Source: Candidatus Iainarchaeum sp.
GTDB taxonomy: Archaea; Iainarchaeota; Iainarchaeia; Iainarchaeales; 0-14-0-20-30-16
Direction: 5' to 3'
Length of the DNA: 32,000 nucleotides
NCBI GenBank assembly: GCA_028710695.1
Contig: JAQTTP010000002.1
Location: 1 to 32,000, forward strand
Made by a program: the position numbers and the translations under genes. Positions 16,767 through 25,333 of this stretch are shown here, piece by piece. The notes under the pieces were generated by a model. That model did no database searches. It was not told the DNA's origin and saw nothing but the letters and a program-made list of their open reading frames with translations. Position 1 is the stretch's first letter, and every line of letters begins with the position of its first letter.

Positions 16767-17492
16767 TTACCACCTATTTGTCTTTGATAATGCATCTATT
16801 GTGGCTTTTACAAAGTTCAGAGTTGTTCCTGTGCTTCCAAATCCTCTGCCCCACACATCATTAATATTACATAAATTAAATACTTCCTTAATTGCTTTTG
16901 CAACAACTAATCCAGTTCCTTTTGGTGCTGGCTTTAGCTCAACTTTCACACCACCACATTTTCCATTTACTTTGTATGGAATACTGTGAGGAGTTCCGCA
17001 GTTACATTCCCAAGCTCCACATCCGTGATTTACTTTTATCACATTTAGTCTTGCTTTCTTTGCTGCTTTTGCAATTGCAGTTAATTTGTCCGGGTCTTTT
17101 TCTGTTCCTAATCCTAAGTATCCTCTTTTATCTCCAATTAATACAGTTGCTCTAAAAGAGTATCTTCTTCCTGACATCCTTACATAGGATGTTTTTTTAG
17201 TATCAACAACTTTCTCAGTTAGTTCCAAAAAGAAATCAATTATTTGTGGTTCCAATATCTTTAGTCCTTTTGCCAAAATTTCATCTAAAGACTTTATTTC
17301 TCCAGATTTAACTTTTTTTCCTAGAACAGTTTTTGGAGCCCAATCAGCCATTGAATATCTTGCCAATAGTTGCTTTTTTACAACCATTTCTCGGATATTA
17401 TCTTGCTTTTCAGTATCAGTTTTTTTCTTTTCTTCTACTGCGATTTTTTTATCCACTCTTGTCTTTCTTGCTAACTTATATTTATCTACCAT
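16767..17492 (-). CDS. rps5: 30S ribosomal protein uS5
   Basis: VKKTSYVRMSGRRYSFRATVLIGDKRGYLGLGTEKD...ACNLNDVWGRGFG region (NINDVWGRGFGSTGTTLNFVKATIDAL). Confidence 0.96.
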   Translation of the reverse strand: MVDKYKLARKTRVDKKIAVEEKKKTDTEKQDNIREMVVKKQLLARYSMADWAPKTVLGKKVKSGEIKSLDEILAKGLKILEPQIIDFFLELTEKVVDTKKTSYVRMSGRRYSFRATVLIGDKRGYLGLGTEKDPDKLTAIAKAAKKARLNVIKVNHGCGAWECNCGTPHSIPYKVNGKCGGVKVELKPAPKGTGLVVAKAIKEVFNLCNINDVWGRGFGSTGTTLNFVKATIDALSKTNRW

Positions 17493-17504
17493 GGATTATT
17501 CCCC

Positions 17505-17990
17505 TTAAAACTTCAACCCGTCAATTTTCTTTAAATATTCCTTCAATTCTGTTTCTGATTTTCCAGCCAATAATGTTTTCATATCTGGCAAAACTTCTGG
17601 TTCGTGAGCTATTGCCATACCAGAATCAACCATTCCTTTTAAAACACTAAAAAGTTTTCCACCTTTATGGATTTTTTGCATTCCTAAATCCAAAATTGCT
17701 TCCTTTTTTAATTTCAAAGCCACCACTTTTTTTCCAAAGTAGTAACCTGCCAAATATCCACTAAATCTGCTTTTATATGATGCTGTTTTAAGCCCGATTC
17801 CAGAGAGAACATCAGAGTATACGTTCAATTTTACATTGTCGCCCTTTAGGTTATGTAGAACATATTGCATTATTACTCTCTTGTTGGTTAATCTAACCAC
17901 AATTCTAGGGATCTTAGACTTTAACATACCGAATCTTTTTTCGTAGTTGGTTCTAAGCTCTGTTCTTCGTCTATAATCGTGCTTTTTCAT
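17505..17990 (-). CDS. rpl18: 50S ribosomal protein uL18
   Basis: YRRRTELRTNYEKRFGMLKSKIPRIVVRLTNKRVIMQYV..TASYKSRFSGYLAGYYFGKK. Confidence 0.94.
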   Translation of the reverse strand: MKKHDYRRRTELRTNYEKRFGMLKSKIPRIVVRLTNKRVIMQYVLHNLKGDNVKLNVYSDVLSGIGLKTASYKSRFSGYLAGYYFGKKVVALKLKKEAILDLGMQKIHKGGKLFSVLKGMVDSGMAIAHEPEVLPDMKTLLAGKSETELKEYLKKIDGLKF

Positions 17991-18424
17991 TTTTTCACCT
18001 TATCAACATACAACTTTATGTGGCCTTTACTTCTAAAGAATCCACCTCTTACTTTAGCATAAAGATCTTTGTATAATGTAGAATCTATTTCGTTCTTATC
18101 TTTCATTTCTCTAATATATTTTCTTTGTGCCCTAACCTTCTTTATCCATTCTTCTTTAGGTCTTGTTCTTGCGGTCTTTACACCTTTTCTTGTTCCTGGA
18201 CCTCTTCTTCTTCCTGCGGTTTTCTTAGCTTTCAGCTTTCTTGCCCTGCCTCTACTTTGGCCAGATATTACTTTCTTTACTGTCCCATTATTCACCATTT
18301 CTTTAATATCGTCTTTTGTAATGGCTTTTTTTACTTCAGTAGTTGCATCAGGGGAAATCCAAACTTTTGACTTTCCAACATTAAGCAATTTTGAAACCTG
18401 TCCTCTAAAAGATTTCATATTCAT
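17987..18424 (-). CDS. rpl19e: 50S ribosomal protein eL19
   Basis: QVSKLLNVGKSKVWISPDATTEVKKAITKDDIKEMV...GQSRGRARKLKAKKTAGRRRGPGTRKGVKTART. Confidence 0.95.
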   Translation of the reverse strand: MNMKSFRGQVSKLLNVGKSKVWISPDATTEVKKAITKDDIKEMVNNGTVKKVISGQSRGRARKLKAKKTAGRRRGPGTRKGVKTARTRPKEEWIKKVRAQRKYIREMKDKNEIDSTLYKDLYAKVRGGFFRSKGHIKLYVDKVKK

Positions 18425-18455
18425 ATTCATCACCAAAAAACATAATCCAATTTTT

Positions 18456-18968
18456 CTAATTCAATATCTTTATTCCTTTTTTCTCAGCTTCTTTTCTAAT
18501 AGACTCTTTCTTTTTCTTTCCAACTGTTGAGCTTATTCTTGCTGCGTGTGTTTCTTTCTTTACTTTTTCTAAATCTTTAACATTACATACTCTTGTTTCT
18601 CTATATCCTGATGGGTGTAGTCCTCTTATTTCCTCTGGGTTCTTATAACCGCCTTTAACTCTACAACCGTCTCCTTTTTTCCACTTTATATCTATTCCTC
18701 TTGGAACTCTCCACTTATTGAACTTGTCCTTAGCCTTACTTCTTATTTGTCTTATTCCAAATCTTCCTCTAAAAGTTGGGTGTTTCTTTTTCTTTGAAAT
18801 CAATTTCTTAAGTCTAGCTATCAAACTTGTAGGAGCTACTCTTTTCTTTTCTTTTTTTCCTTGTTTTGCTTTGGCCTTTGGTTTAGTTTCTTTTACTGGC
18901 TCGTTTTTAGCTTCTACCTTTGGTTCTACTGCTTTCTTAACAGTACTTGCTTTTTTAATATCACTCAT
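18456..18968 (-). CDS. rpl32e: 50S ribosomal protein eL32 with charged N-terminal extension
   Basis: FRGRFGIRQIRSKAKDKFNKWRVPRGIDIKWKKGDGCRVKGGYKNPEEIRGLHPSGYRE; N-terminal KKAVEPKVEAKNEPVKETKPKAKAKQG. Confidence 0.93.
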   Translation of the reverse strand: MSDIKKASTVKKAVEPKVEAKNEPVKETKPKAKAKQGKKEKKRVAPTSLIARLKKLISKKKKHPTFRGRFGIRQIRSKAKDKFNKWRVPRGIDIKWKKGDGCRVKGGYKNPEEIRGLHPSGYRETRVCNVKDLEKVKKETHAARISSTVGKKKKESIRKEAEKKGIKILN

Positions 18969-19491
18969 TTTGAACACCTTTTTCAACTATATAAATTCCG
19001 TCTTGGAAAATTCTTCTATCTTTAGATCTTACTTTTGCTTTACCTTCAATATTAGCTGCTACTTGGCCTGCAGCATCCTTATCTACAGAAATTATGAAAA
19101 TATCTTTTCCTTTAATTTCAACTTTTACATTGTCAACAAGCTTAATTTTTATTTGCTTTTTTTGACCTGCAAAATTGGATATTACAAATACATTGTCTTT
19201 TACTGCAACACTTAATGGGAAGTGAGAATATACTATACTCAATTTGTAATTATATGGTCTACAAACCCCAGATATCATGTTTTTAATATTCTTGGATAAA
19301 GTCATCATCTGAGCTCTTGCTGGCTTTTTTTCGTTTTTTGTTTTAAAGGTTATATCTTTCCCGTTTATTGTCAAGTCAACCAATCTTACTGGGTTCTTTT
19401 TTGACACACTACCTTTAGGCCCTTTAACAACGAAGTTTTTACCATCGTATTTTACTTCAACATTATCCGGAACTTTAATATTTGATTCCAT
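18961..19491 (-). CDS. rpl6: 50S ribosomal protein uL6
   Basis: NIKVPDNVEVKYDGKNFVVKGPKGSVSKKN...TLSKNIKNMISGVCRPYNYKLSIVYSHFPLSV. Confidence 0.94.
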   Translation of the reverse strand: MESNIKVPDNVEVKYDGKNFVVKGPKGSVSKKNPVRLVDLTINGKDITFKTKNEKKPARAQMMTLSKNIKNMISGVCRPYNYKLSIVYSHFPLSVAVKDNVFVISNFAGQKKQIKIKLVDNVKVEIKGKDIFIISVDKDAAGQVAANIEGKAKVRSKDRRIFQDGIYIVEKGVQNE

Positions 19492-19502
19492 TTTTTTCAC
19501 CT

Positions 19503-19892
19503 TCAATATACATATGCTATTAATTTTCCGCCAATTCCTTGTTTCTTGGCTTCTCTATGAGTCATTATTCCTTTTGGAGTTGAAACTACCAAATAACCCA
19601 TGTTCTTAGATGGAAGATATCTCTTCTCAAATCTCTCATAATCTTTAATTTGTACAGAATATCTTGGCTTTATTGCCTTACATTCTGTTATTGCACCTTT
19701 AAGCTTAACTTCAAGGATTCCGCCTCTTGGATTTTCTTTAACATCGAATCCTTCAATATAACTCAGATCTCTCAAAAGACTACATGTTGCTACAATTAAT
19801 TTACTTGCTGGCTTTATGCTACAGCTTCTTTTAGCAACAAATTCTGAATTTTTCATCATTATCATTGCATCTGAAAATACATCAACACTCAT
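19503..19892 (-). CDS. rps8: 30S ribosomal protein uS8
   Basis: VDVFSDAMIMMKNSEFVAKRSCSIKPASKLIVATCSLLRDLSYI...GYLVVSTPKGIMTHREAKKQGIGGKLIAYVY. Confidence 0.96.
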   Translation of the reverse strand: MSVDVFSDAMIMMKNSEFVAKRSCSIKPASKLIVATCSLLRDLSYIEGFDVKENPRGGILEVKLKGAITECKAIKPRYSVQIKDYERFEKRYLPSKNMGYLVVSTPKGIMTHREAKKQGIGGKLIAYVY

Positions 19893-19903
19893 TTTAAACA
19901 CCT

Positions 19904-20038
19904 TTAATTATATTTTTTAAATCCTAAATTTATTGCATTATCTTTGAAACATCTTCTACAAACATAAAGATTATACTTTCTTACTAGGCCTCTATTTGTG
20001 CCGCAGATTTTACAAACAACCTTTTTCTTATCTGTCAT
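19904..20038 (-). CDS. rps14: 30S ribosomal protein uS14 (44 aa, zinc-binding); absent from the supplied ORF track
   Basis: Hand translation from ATG 20038: MTDKKKVVCKICGTNRGLVRKYNLYVCRRCFKDNAINLGFKKYN, stop TAA 19904-19906; CxxC...CxxC; 4-bp ATGA overlap with uL5. Confidence 0.93.
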   Translation of the reverse strand: MTDKKKVVCKICGTNRGLVRKYNLYVCRRCFKDNAINLGFKKYN

Positions 20039-20742
20039 ATTACATCAACCCCGAAGGTCTTGTTAACATAAGCAACTGCATCTTCTTTTGTAACTTTGTG
20101 TGTGTTTCCAATGCTTTTTCTGTAAAGCAATCTATTCTTTACTCTATATCCTCTTCTTTTTAAATTTACTATAACGTCAAATCCAAGCAATCCTAATTTA
20201 GGGTCATATTTCATTCCTTGTATATCAATGTATTCCTTTACACCCAAAGCAAAGTTTCCATTCTCGTCAAAGCTCTTTGATTTTATCTGGTTCTTATATG
20301 CTTTGAAAACTCTTGCCAAGATTTCTTTTGCTTTCTTGCCTCTCAAAGTAACTTTAGTACCAATTGGTAGGCCAGGCTTTATACCCCATTTTGGCAATCT
20401 TGTTTTTGCCTTAGTTTCAACAGGTTTCATTTCAGTTAATCTTACCAAAATTTCTTTAGCATTCTGCAGTTTTCCAGCATTATCTCCAACACACATATGC
20501 AGAACTACCTTGTCTAATTGTAGTTCTCTCATTGCATTGTTTGAGTTCTTAACAACCTTTGCACTAGTAGATTTAGTAGCCTTACTAGGAGTCAAAGCCT
20601 TTGTCTCTGCTTTACCTTGGTGTTCTTTGGCTTCTTTCTTTACTTCAACCTTTGGCTCTTTCTTAGCTTCTACTTTAGGTTCTACTTTAGGCACAGGTTT
20701 CTGTTCTACTGCCTTGCTTTCTTTTGCTTGCTCTTTAGACAT
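20035..20742 (-). CDS. rpl5: 50S ribosomal protein uL5 with ~70-aa charged N-terminal extension
   Basis: NAMRELQLDKVVLHMCVGDNAGKLQNAKEILVRLTEMKPVETKAKTRLPKWGIKPGLPIGTKVTLRG; extension VPKVEPKVEAKKEPKVEVKKEAKEHQGKAE. Confidence 0.94.
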   Translation of the reverse strand: MSKEQAKESKAVEQKPVPKVEPKVEAKKEPKVEVKKEAKEHQGKAETKALTPSKATKSTSAKVVKNSNNAMRELQLDKVVLHMCVGDNAGKLQNAKEILVRLTEMKPVETKAKTRLPKWGIKPGLPIGTKVTLRGKKAKEILARVFKAYKNQIKSKSFDENGNFALGVKEYIDIQGMKYDPKLGLLGFDVIVNLKRRGYRVKNRLLYRKSIGNTHKVTKEDAVAYVNKTFGVDVI

Positions 20743-20761
20743 TGTAATCACACCCTAAATA

Positions 20762-21478
20762 TCATTGTACTAAATAATCAAATTCGTCCGGTAACATAAA
20801 TACATAATCCAACAAACTTCTTACTTCTTTTTTCTTTGTTTTAACAACAATTTCTGCTTTTCTTACCTCATCTCCAGAAACTATTGCTTTAACATTTCCC
20901 ACATTTCCAATGTGTGTTCCTTCTATGAAAATTACTTTTACACCTTCACTAAATTCATAGTGATCTTTTATCTTCTTTGCTTTAAAATCATAAGCCACAA
21001 CATCATTTACCTTGTACTTATCTTTATCTATATTTATATTATAGCCGTTGTCCAAAAATAACTGCTTTTTTCCACCTTTTACAGTTTTCTTTCCAACAAT
21101 TTTGCTTAATCTTAAATCTGGCTTTTTATAATCTATTTCTATTATTTCCATCTTCTTGTTTTTGTGTGGAACAAAAGTATATTTCTTTTTTGTATCTACT
21201 AAATCTATAATGTCAAACAATCCAACAGGGAATTTATAATCTTTTATTCTTACACCATTTACTAAAACAGTTTTTGTTTGCAAAACTTTTTTTACTTCTC
21301 TTAAGTCATTTGCAACATTCAAAATGTTTCTTAAAACAACAGTCATAGACACACATTTCTGCTCTGCTTTTGTGCCTGGAGCTGGTTTTACTAAAAAAGT
21401 ATGATCCTTTTTTAAAACATGCTTTGGTCCAGCATAACTTATTCTTTTTAAAGTTGAACTTCCACCTTTACTTGCCAT
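20762..21478 (-). CDS. rps4e: 30S ribosomal protein eS4
   Basis: MASKGGSSTLKRISYAGPKHVLKKDHTFLVKPAPGTKAEQKCVSMTVVLRNIL...TVLVNGVRIKDYKFPVGLFDII. Confidence 0.94.
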   Translation of the reverse strand: MASKGGSSTLKRISYAGPKHVLKKDHTFLVKPAPGTKAEQKCVSMTVVLRNILNVANDLREVKKVLQTKTVLVNGVRIKDYKFPVGLFDIIDLVDTKKKYTFVPHKNKKMEIIEIDYKKPDLRLSKIVGKKTVKGGKKQLFLDNGYNINIDKDKYKVNDVVAYDFKAKKIKDHYEFSEGVKVIFIEGTHIGNVGNVKAIVSGDEVRKAEIVVKTKKKEVRSLLDYVFMLPDEFDYLVQ

Positions 21479-21483
21479 CTTAT

Positions 21484-22029
21484 TCACCTTTTCTTAACCT
21501 TGTCTTGTTTGCTCATAATTGCCAAATCCTTGCCTAATCTTTGTTTGTCTTGGTTTGCTTTTGACTCTTTTTTGTGTTCTTCTTTTTGAGTCTCTTTTTT
21601 AGGCTCTGCTTTTGGCTCTTTCTTTACTTCTTTTTTAACATCAACTTTCTTTGGTGTTTCTTTTTTTTCTTTATGTACTTTTTTTTCTTTCTTAAGCTTT
21701 GACAATCTAACATTGTCGTTCAAGCTAAGTTCTTTTATTATTAAATTTGAAGGCTGGAACTTTACGTAAATTTCCTTACCATCAACTTTCTTAATTTTTA
21801 GATTATCAATATTAACATAACTGTCGGCAACACTTGCTTTAACAATTTTTCCTTCTTTGCCTTTGTATTTTCCAACCATTACTTTTACTATATCGTCTTT
21901 TCTTACTTGTATGGCTCTCATCTTGTATTTATCTCTCAGTTCTTTTGATAAGTGAACCCTTAATTCCTTTTGCTTTCTATGCAAAGGAGCATTCATCTTT
22001 CTTTTTCTTTCTGAATCTGGTTTTACCAT
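21484..22029 (-). CDS. rpl24: 50S ribosomal protein uL24 with charged C-terminal extension
   Basis: RKQKELRVHLSKELRDKYKMRAIQVRKDDIVKVMVGKYKGKEGKIVKASV; tail KKEVKKEPKAEPKKETQKEEHKKESKANQDKQRLGKDLAIMSKQDKVKKR. Confidence 0.93.
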   Translation of the reverse strand: MVKPDSERKRKMNAPLHRKQKELRVHLSKELRDKYKMRAIQVRKDDIVKVMVGKYKGKEGKIVKASVADSYVNIDNLKIKKVDGKEIYVKFQPSNLIIKELSLNDNVRLSKLKKEKKVHKEKKETPKKVDVKKEVKKEPKAEPKKETQKEEHKKESKANQDKQRLGKDLAIMSKQDKVKKR

Positions 22030-22045
22030 TAAATCACCTTAAATA

Positions 22046-22444
22046 TTATACAATCATAGATGCTTTTCCTGCAATCTTAGGCCATCTTTCTCCAATTTCT
22101 TTTGGAACTGCACCTTTAACTTCTGTTCCTTTTGGAACTCCGTCTTTATCAACTAATACAACCGCGTTATCTTCAAACTTCAATTTCAATCCGTTTGCTC
22201 TTGTTAATCCGCTCTTTGTTCTTATTACAATTGCCATAAAAATCTTCTTTCTTAATTCTGGCTTACCTTTGGAAACAACTATATTTATCATATCCCCTAT
22301 TCCTGCTTTTGGTATTCTTCTTTTTCTTGTTTTCAAATTAAATACACTTATTAAGTATACTTCTTTTGCACCTGTGTTATCAGCACAAGTCATGTGAGTC
22401 TTTAATGCTACAGCTCTTTGTGGTGTTGCAGGCATTGCTTTCAT
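22046..22444 (-). CDS. rpl14: 50S ribosomal protein uL14
   Basis: LKTHMTCADNTGAKEVYLISVFNLKTRKRRIPKAGIGDMINIVVSKGKPELRKKIFMAIVIR. Confidence 0.96.
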   Translation of the reverse strand: MKAMPATPQRAVALKTHMTCADNTGAKEVYLISVFNLKTRKRRIPKAGIGDMINIVVSKGKPELRKKIFMAIVIRTKSGLTRANGLKLKFEDNAVVLVDKDGVPKGTEVKGAVPKEIGERWPKIAGKASMIV

Positions 22445-22710
22445 TCTGAATCACCTTTAACTTTAGATACAATTATGAAATTTTTTGTTTTACTGATTTT
22501 TCTTGTTTCACCAATTCTTACAATGTCTCCTACTTCTACTTTTATTTCGTCAGGAACATGCACTGCAATTCTTGATTTAACTTTCGTATATCTTTCATAT
22601 TTCTTGATAAAGTGCACAATTTCTCTTTCAACAACAGCAGTTTTTGCACTCTTCATCTTAGTTATTTTTCCAACCAAAAATGAACCTCTCGGGATATATT
22701 TTGTTTCCAT
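22441..22710 (-). CDS. rps17: 30S ribosomal protein uS17
   Basis: RGSFLVGKITKMKSAKTAVVEREIVHFIKKYERYTKVKSRIAVHVPDEIKVEVGDIVRIGETRKISKTKNFIIV. Confidence 0.95.
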   Translation of the reverse strand: METKYIPRGSFLVGKITKMKSAKTAVVEREIVHFIKKYERYTKVKSRIAVHVPDEIKVEVGDIVRIGETRKISKTKNFIIVSKVKGDSE

Positions 22711-22711
22711 T

Positions 22712-22975
22712 TTAAGTCCTCCAACATAATTTTATTCTTTCTTCCGGCCTGTAATTTATTTTATCTCCATTAACTAAATATTCTTCTTTTCCATTTCTAA
22801 ATTTAAACATCTTTCCTTTCTTTGGGATGGTCTTCAACCCATCTTTGCATTCAACAACAAAAACATTTTTCGTTTCGTTGTAAACTTTCCCTTTAATTCC
22901 TTTTTGGGAATCATCACTTGATTCCATTATTTCTATTTCCAATCCTAAATATTCCATTATCTCTTTTTTTCCCAT
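22712..22975 (-). CDS. rnp1: RNase P protein component 1 (Rnp1/Pop4/Rpp29)
   Basis: IMEYLGLEIEIMESSDDSQKGIKGKVYNETKNVFVVECKDGLKTIPKKGKMFKF and conserved location between uS17 and aIF1/uL29. Confidence 0.88.
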   Translation of the reverse strand: MGKKEIMEYLGLEIEIMESSDDSQKGIKGKVYNETKNVFVVECKDGLKTIPKKGKMFKFRNGKEEYLVNGDKINYRPEERIKLCWRT

Positions 22976-22993
22976 AAACTTTCATTTCCCTAT

Positions 22994-23290
22994 TTAACTT
23001 TTAATATTCTTGGGAGAAAATCCTCTTTTTATCAAGAAAGCTCTTGCTTTTCTTGTATGCCTTCCTTGTAGTTCAATTATATTATCTTTTGCTGTTCCAC
23101 CACAAGCTAATTCTTTCTTTAAATCTTTTGCCATTGATTCTACTTCTTTAGGATCAATACCGCTTATATCAGTTACCATTTTGAATTTTTTCTTAAATTC
23201 TCTTATTGTTATCTCTTCCTGTTCTGCCATTATTTTTTTACAAACACAAAGTTCTTTTGGCAAACCACATACTGCACATAAACCGCTCAT
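22994..23290 (-). CDS. Translation initiation factor aIF1 (SUI1)
   Basis: CAVCGLPKELCVCKKIMAEQEEITIREFKKKFKMVTDISGIDP...DLKKELACGGTAKDNIIELQGRHTRKARAFLIKRGF. Confidence 0.95.
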   Translation of the reverse strand: MSGLCAVCGLPKELCVCKKIMAEQEEITIREFKKKFKMVTDISGIDPKEVESMAKDLKKELACGGTAKDNIIELQGRHTRKARAFLIKRGFSPKNIKS

Positions 23291-23305
23291 TATGTCCAAA
23301 CTCCT

Positions 23306-23527
23306 TTATTTTTTAATAATACTTTTGGCTAGTTCATCCCTTTTCTTTTGAGAGATAACTGTTAATATTCTTGCAATATTTCTTCTTACATTTTTTATCT
23401 GATTTTTTTTATCATCCTTAGTTCCGATCTTTAGCTTAACTCTTTCTTCCATTAATTTTTCTTGTAATACATCAAGCTCTTTATTAAGCTCTTCGTAACT
23501 CTTTTTCAGATAATCTTTTGCTTTCAT
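23306..23527 (-). CDS. rpl29: 50S ribosomal protein uL29
   Basis: KKSYEELNKELDVLQEKLMEERVKLKIG...NQIKNVRRNIARILTVISQKKRD. Confidence 0.9.
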   Translation of the reverse strand: MKAKDYLKKSYEELNKELDVLQEKLMEERVKLKIGTKDDKKNQIKNVRRNIARILTVISQKKRDELAKSIIKK

Positions 23528-23537
23528 AAAAATCCCT

Positions 23538-24218
23538 CTACTTCTTCTGCTCTTTGTCTAGAACTTCAACTTCTTTTTTCTCGTCCTCAGACATTATAGC
23601 ATATAATTTACTTACTTTATTCAAGATATCATCTTTACTAATTTTATCTGGGAAAACTGTTCCTGGCGGAATCAACTTTAAAGTAACTCCAATTGCTCCA
23701 GACTTTGTATATGCTGCACCAGTTCCAACTCTTACCTTTGAAACTTGGTCTCCAGCTTTTTTCATATAACCAAATGGAACTCTGTATTTCTGCTTTCTTC
23801 CACCTTTTGACATAAGTTTTCCTTTTATTAATAATTCAAATCCTTCTAAGTTTGTAGCAGTTAATTCTTTAACAGCCCTATATACAACAGATCTCCATGA
23901 AAAATTTCTTTCTAAACCGCTTATAATGCTGTTAACTATATGTTGAGCATTAAATTCTGGGTTCTCTATAGGCTTAATCTCTAATACTGGGTTCTTTATT
24001 TCGTATTTTGTTTCCAATATTTGAGTTAATTTCTTAACATTCTTTCCGCTATAACCTATTGCCAAACCAGGTTTTGCAACAGTAAGTATTATTTTTGTAG
24101 CCATTGGTGTTTTCACAATTTCAACGCCACTGAATCCAGCCTTACTAAGGTTCTTTCTAAAGAAATCCTCAATCTGTATCTTTCTATATGCTTGCTGTAT
24201 AAAGTTTTTCTCTATCAT
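23538..24218 (-). CDS. rps3: 30S ribosomal protein uS3
   Basis: FFRKNLSKAGFSGVEIVKTPMATKIILTVAKPGLAIGYSGKNVKKLTQIL (KH domain)...MSKGGRKQKYRVPFGYMKKAGDQVSKV. Confidence 0.95.
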   Translation of the reverse strand: MIEKNFIQQAYRKIQIEDFFRKNLSKAGFSGVEIVKTPMATKIILTVAKPGLAIGYSGKNVKKLTQILETKYEIKNPVLEIKPIENPEFNAQHIVNSIISGLERNFSWRSVVYRAVKELTATNLEGFELLIKGKLMSKGGRKQKYRVPFGYMKKAGDQVSKVRVGTGAAYTKSGAIGVTLKLIPPGTVFPDKISKDDILNKVSKLYAIMSEDEKKEVEVLDKEQKK

Positions 24219-24248
24219 GATTATCACGCCATTAATTCAATATAATTA

Positions 24249-24890
24249 TCACTTTCTATTAGGTATTTTTGTATGAGCCTTACTTATTGAAGCTGAAGCA
24301 AATTGTGTTTTACTAGTAGCATTGTCAGCAACCTTATCCTGTTTTTCATTTGCCTTGATTGGTGCAGTCTCTATTTTTGCATCTACTTTTGCTTCTACCT
24401 TTTTATCCTCTTTCTTTGTTTCTGCTTTTGGTGCTTTTGGTTTTAGTTTATGTCTTTGTCTTACTAAAACTTCCAAATGAACTGATTTAGTATATCTTAA
24501 TCTTCTTCTTCCACCAGGCTGGATAGTTGGTCTCCTTACTCCTGGATTTGCAACTACGCCCACAACTGCCAAGTCTTCACCGTCTAATCCTTTGTGCTCA
24601 GCATTACTCTTTGCTAAAGCCAAAGCTTTCTTGAAGAACTTTGCTGCTTTTACTGGGTATCTTCCGCTTTTTACTTTTCCTTCCATACCTGCTCTGTGAC
24701 CAACATCATCATTAAATCTTGGCAAAGGAACATATCTTTTCATTTCTATTACATCATCAAGATAAGCTATTACCTTTGAGTATGGTTTTCCCTTAATATA
24801 CATTCCCAACTCAGATGAAAATTTCTGAGAGATTGGGCAGTTTAGTAACAAAGCCCTTGCTTCATTTTCTTTTGCTTCAAAGTATGCCAT
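24249..24890 (-). CDS. rpl22: 50S ribosomal protein uL22 with charged C-terminal extension
   Basis: KEARALLLNCPISQKFSSELGMYIKGKPYSKVIAYLDDVIEMKRYVPLPRFNDDVGHR; tail KIETAPIKANEKQDKVADNATSKTQFASASISKAHTKIPNRK. Confidence 0.94.
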   Translation of the reverse strand: MAYFEAKENEARALLLNCPISQKFSSELGMYIKGKPYSKVIAYLDDVIEMKRYVPLPRFNDDVGHRAGMEGKVKSGRYPVKAAKFFKKALALAKSNAEHKGLDGEDLAVVGVVANPGVRRPTIQPGGRRRLRYTKSVHLEVLVRQRHKLKPKAPKAETKKEDKKVEAKVDAKIETAPIKANEKQDKVADNATSKTQFASASISKAHTKIPNRK

Positions 24891-24918
24891 AAAATATCAC
24901 TCTTATTTCATATCATTA

Positions 24919-25314
24919 TTACTTCTTAGCTACATTCTTACTTGATTTTGTAGCTCCTATTCCTGCTTTTCCGTGAGATACTATCTTTCTAGAAAGAACA
25001 AAGTCTCCTATATAGCAGCCAATCATTTCTGGCTTTATCTCAACTTGCTCAAATGTTTTTCCATTATAAATACCAAGTTTCATTCCAACCATATCAGGCA
25101 TAACCAATAGATCTCTTGAATGGGTTTTTACCATGTTCTTTGGAGGATTTCCTGCTTTATTTGCTTCTATAGCCTTAAGCATTTTCTTGTCTAATTTTAT
25201 TCCTCTATTTATTTTTCTTCTTGCTCCGTAAGGCATTATTTCCTTCAATTGATCTATAGGCAATTTTTTTAATTGCTCTAAATCATAACCTTTGTAACTA
25301 AATTCTCTTGCCAT
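24919..25314 (-). CDS. rps19: 30S ribosomal protein uS19
   Basis: FSYKGYDLEQLKKLPIDQLKEIMPYGARRKINRG...KTHSRDLLVMPDMVGMKLGIYNGKTFEQVEIKPEMIGCYIGDFVLSRK. Confidence 0.96.
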   Translation of the reverse strand: MAREFSYKGYDLEQLKKLPIDQLKEIMPYGARRKINRGIKLDKKMLKAIEANKAGNPPKNMVKTHSRDLLVMPDMVGMKLGIYNGKTFEQVEIKPEMIGCYIGDFVLSRKIVSHGKAGIGATKSSKNVAKK

Positions 25315-25333
25315 GAAATATCACTTCTTTAAT

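Noticed and set aside
19503-19506. 4-bp gene overlaps (ATGA) across the superoperon
   Set aside because: Standard translational coupling in compact prokaryotic operons; supports annotation but is not novel.
22994-23290. Cys-rich N-terminus of aIF1 (CAVCGLPKELCVC) as a novel zinc finger
   Set aside because: This N-terminal motif is typical of archaeal aIF1/SUI1 proteins.
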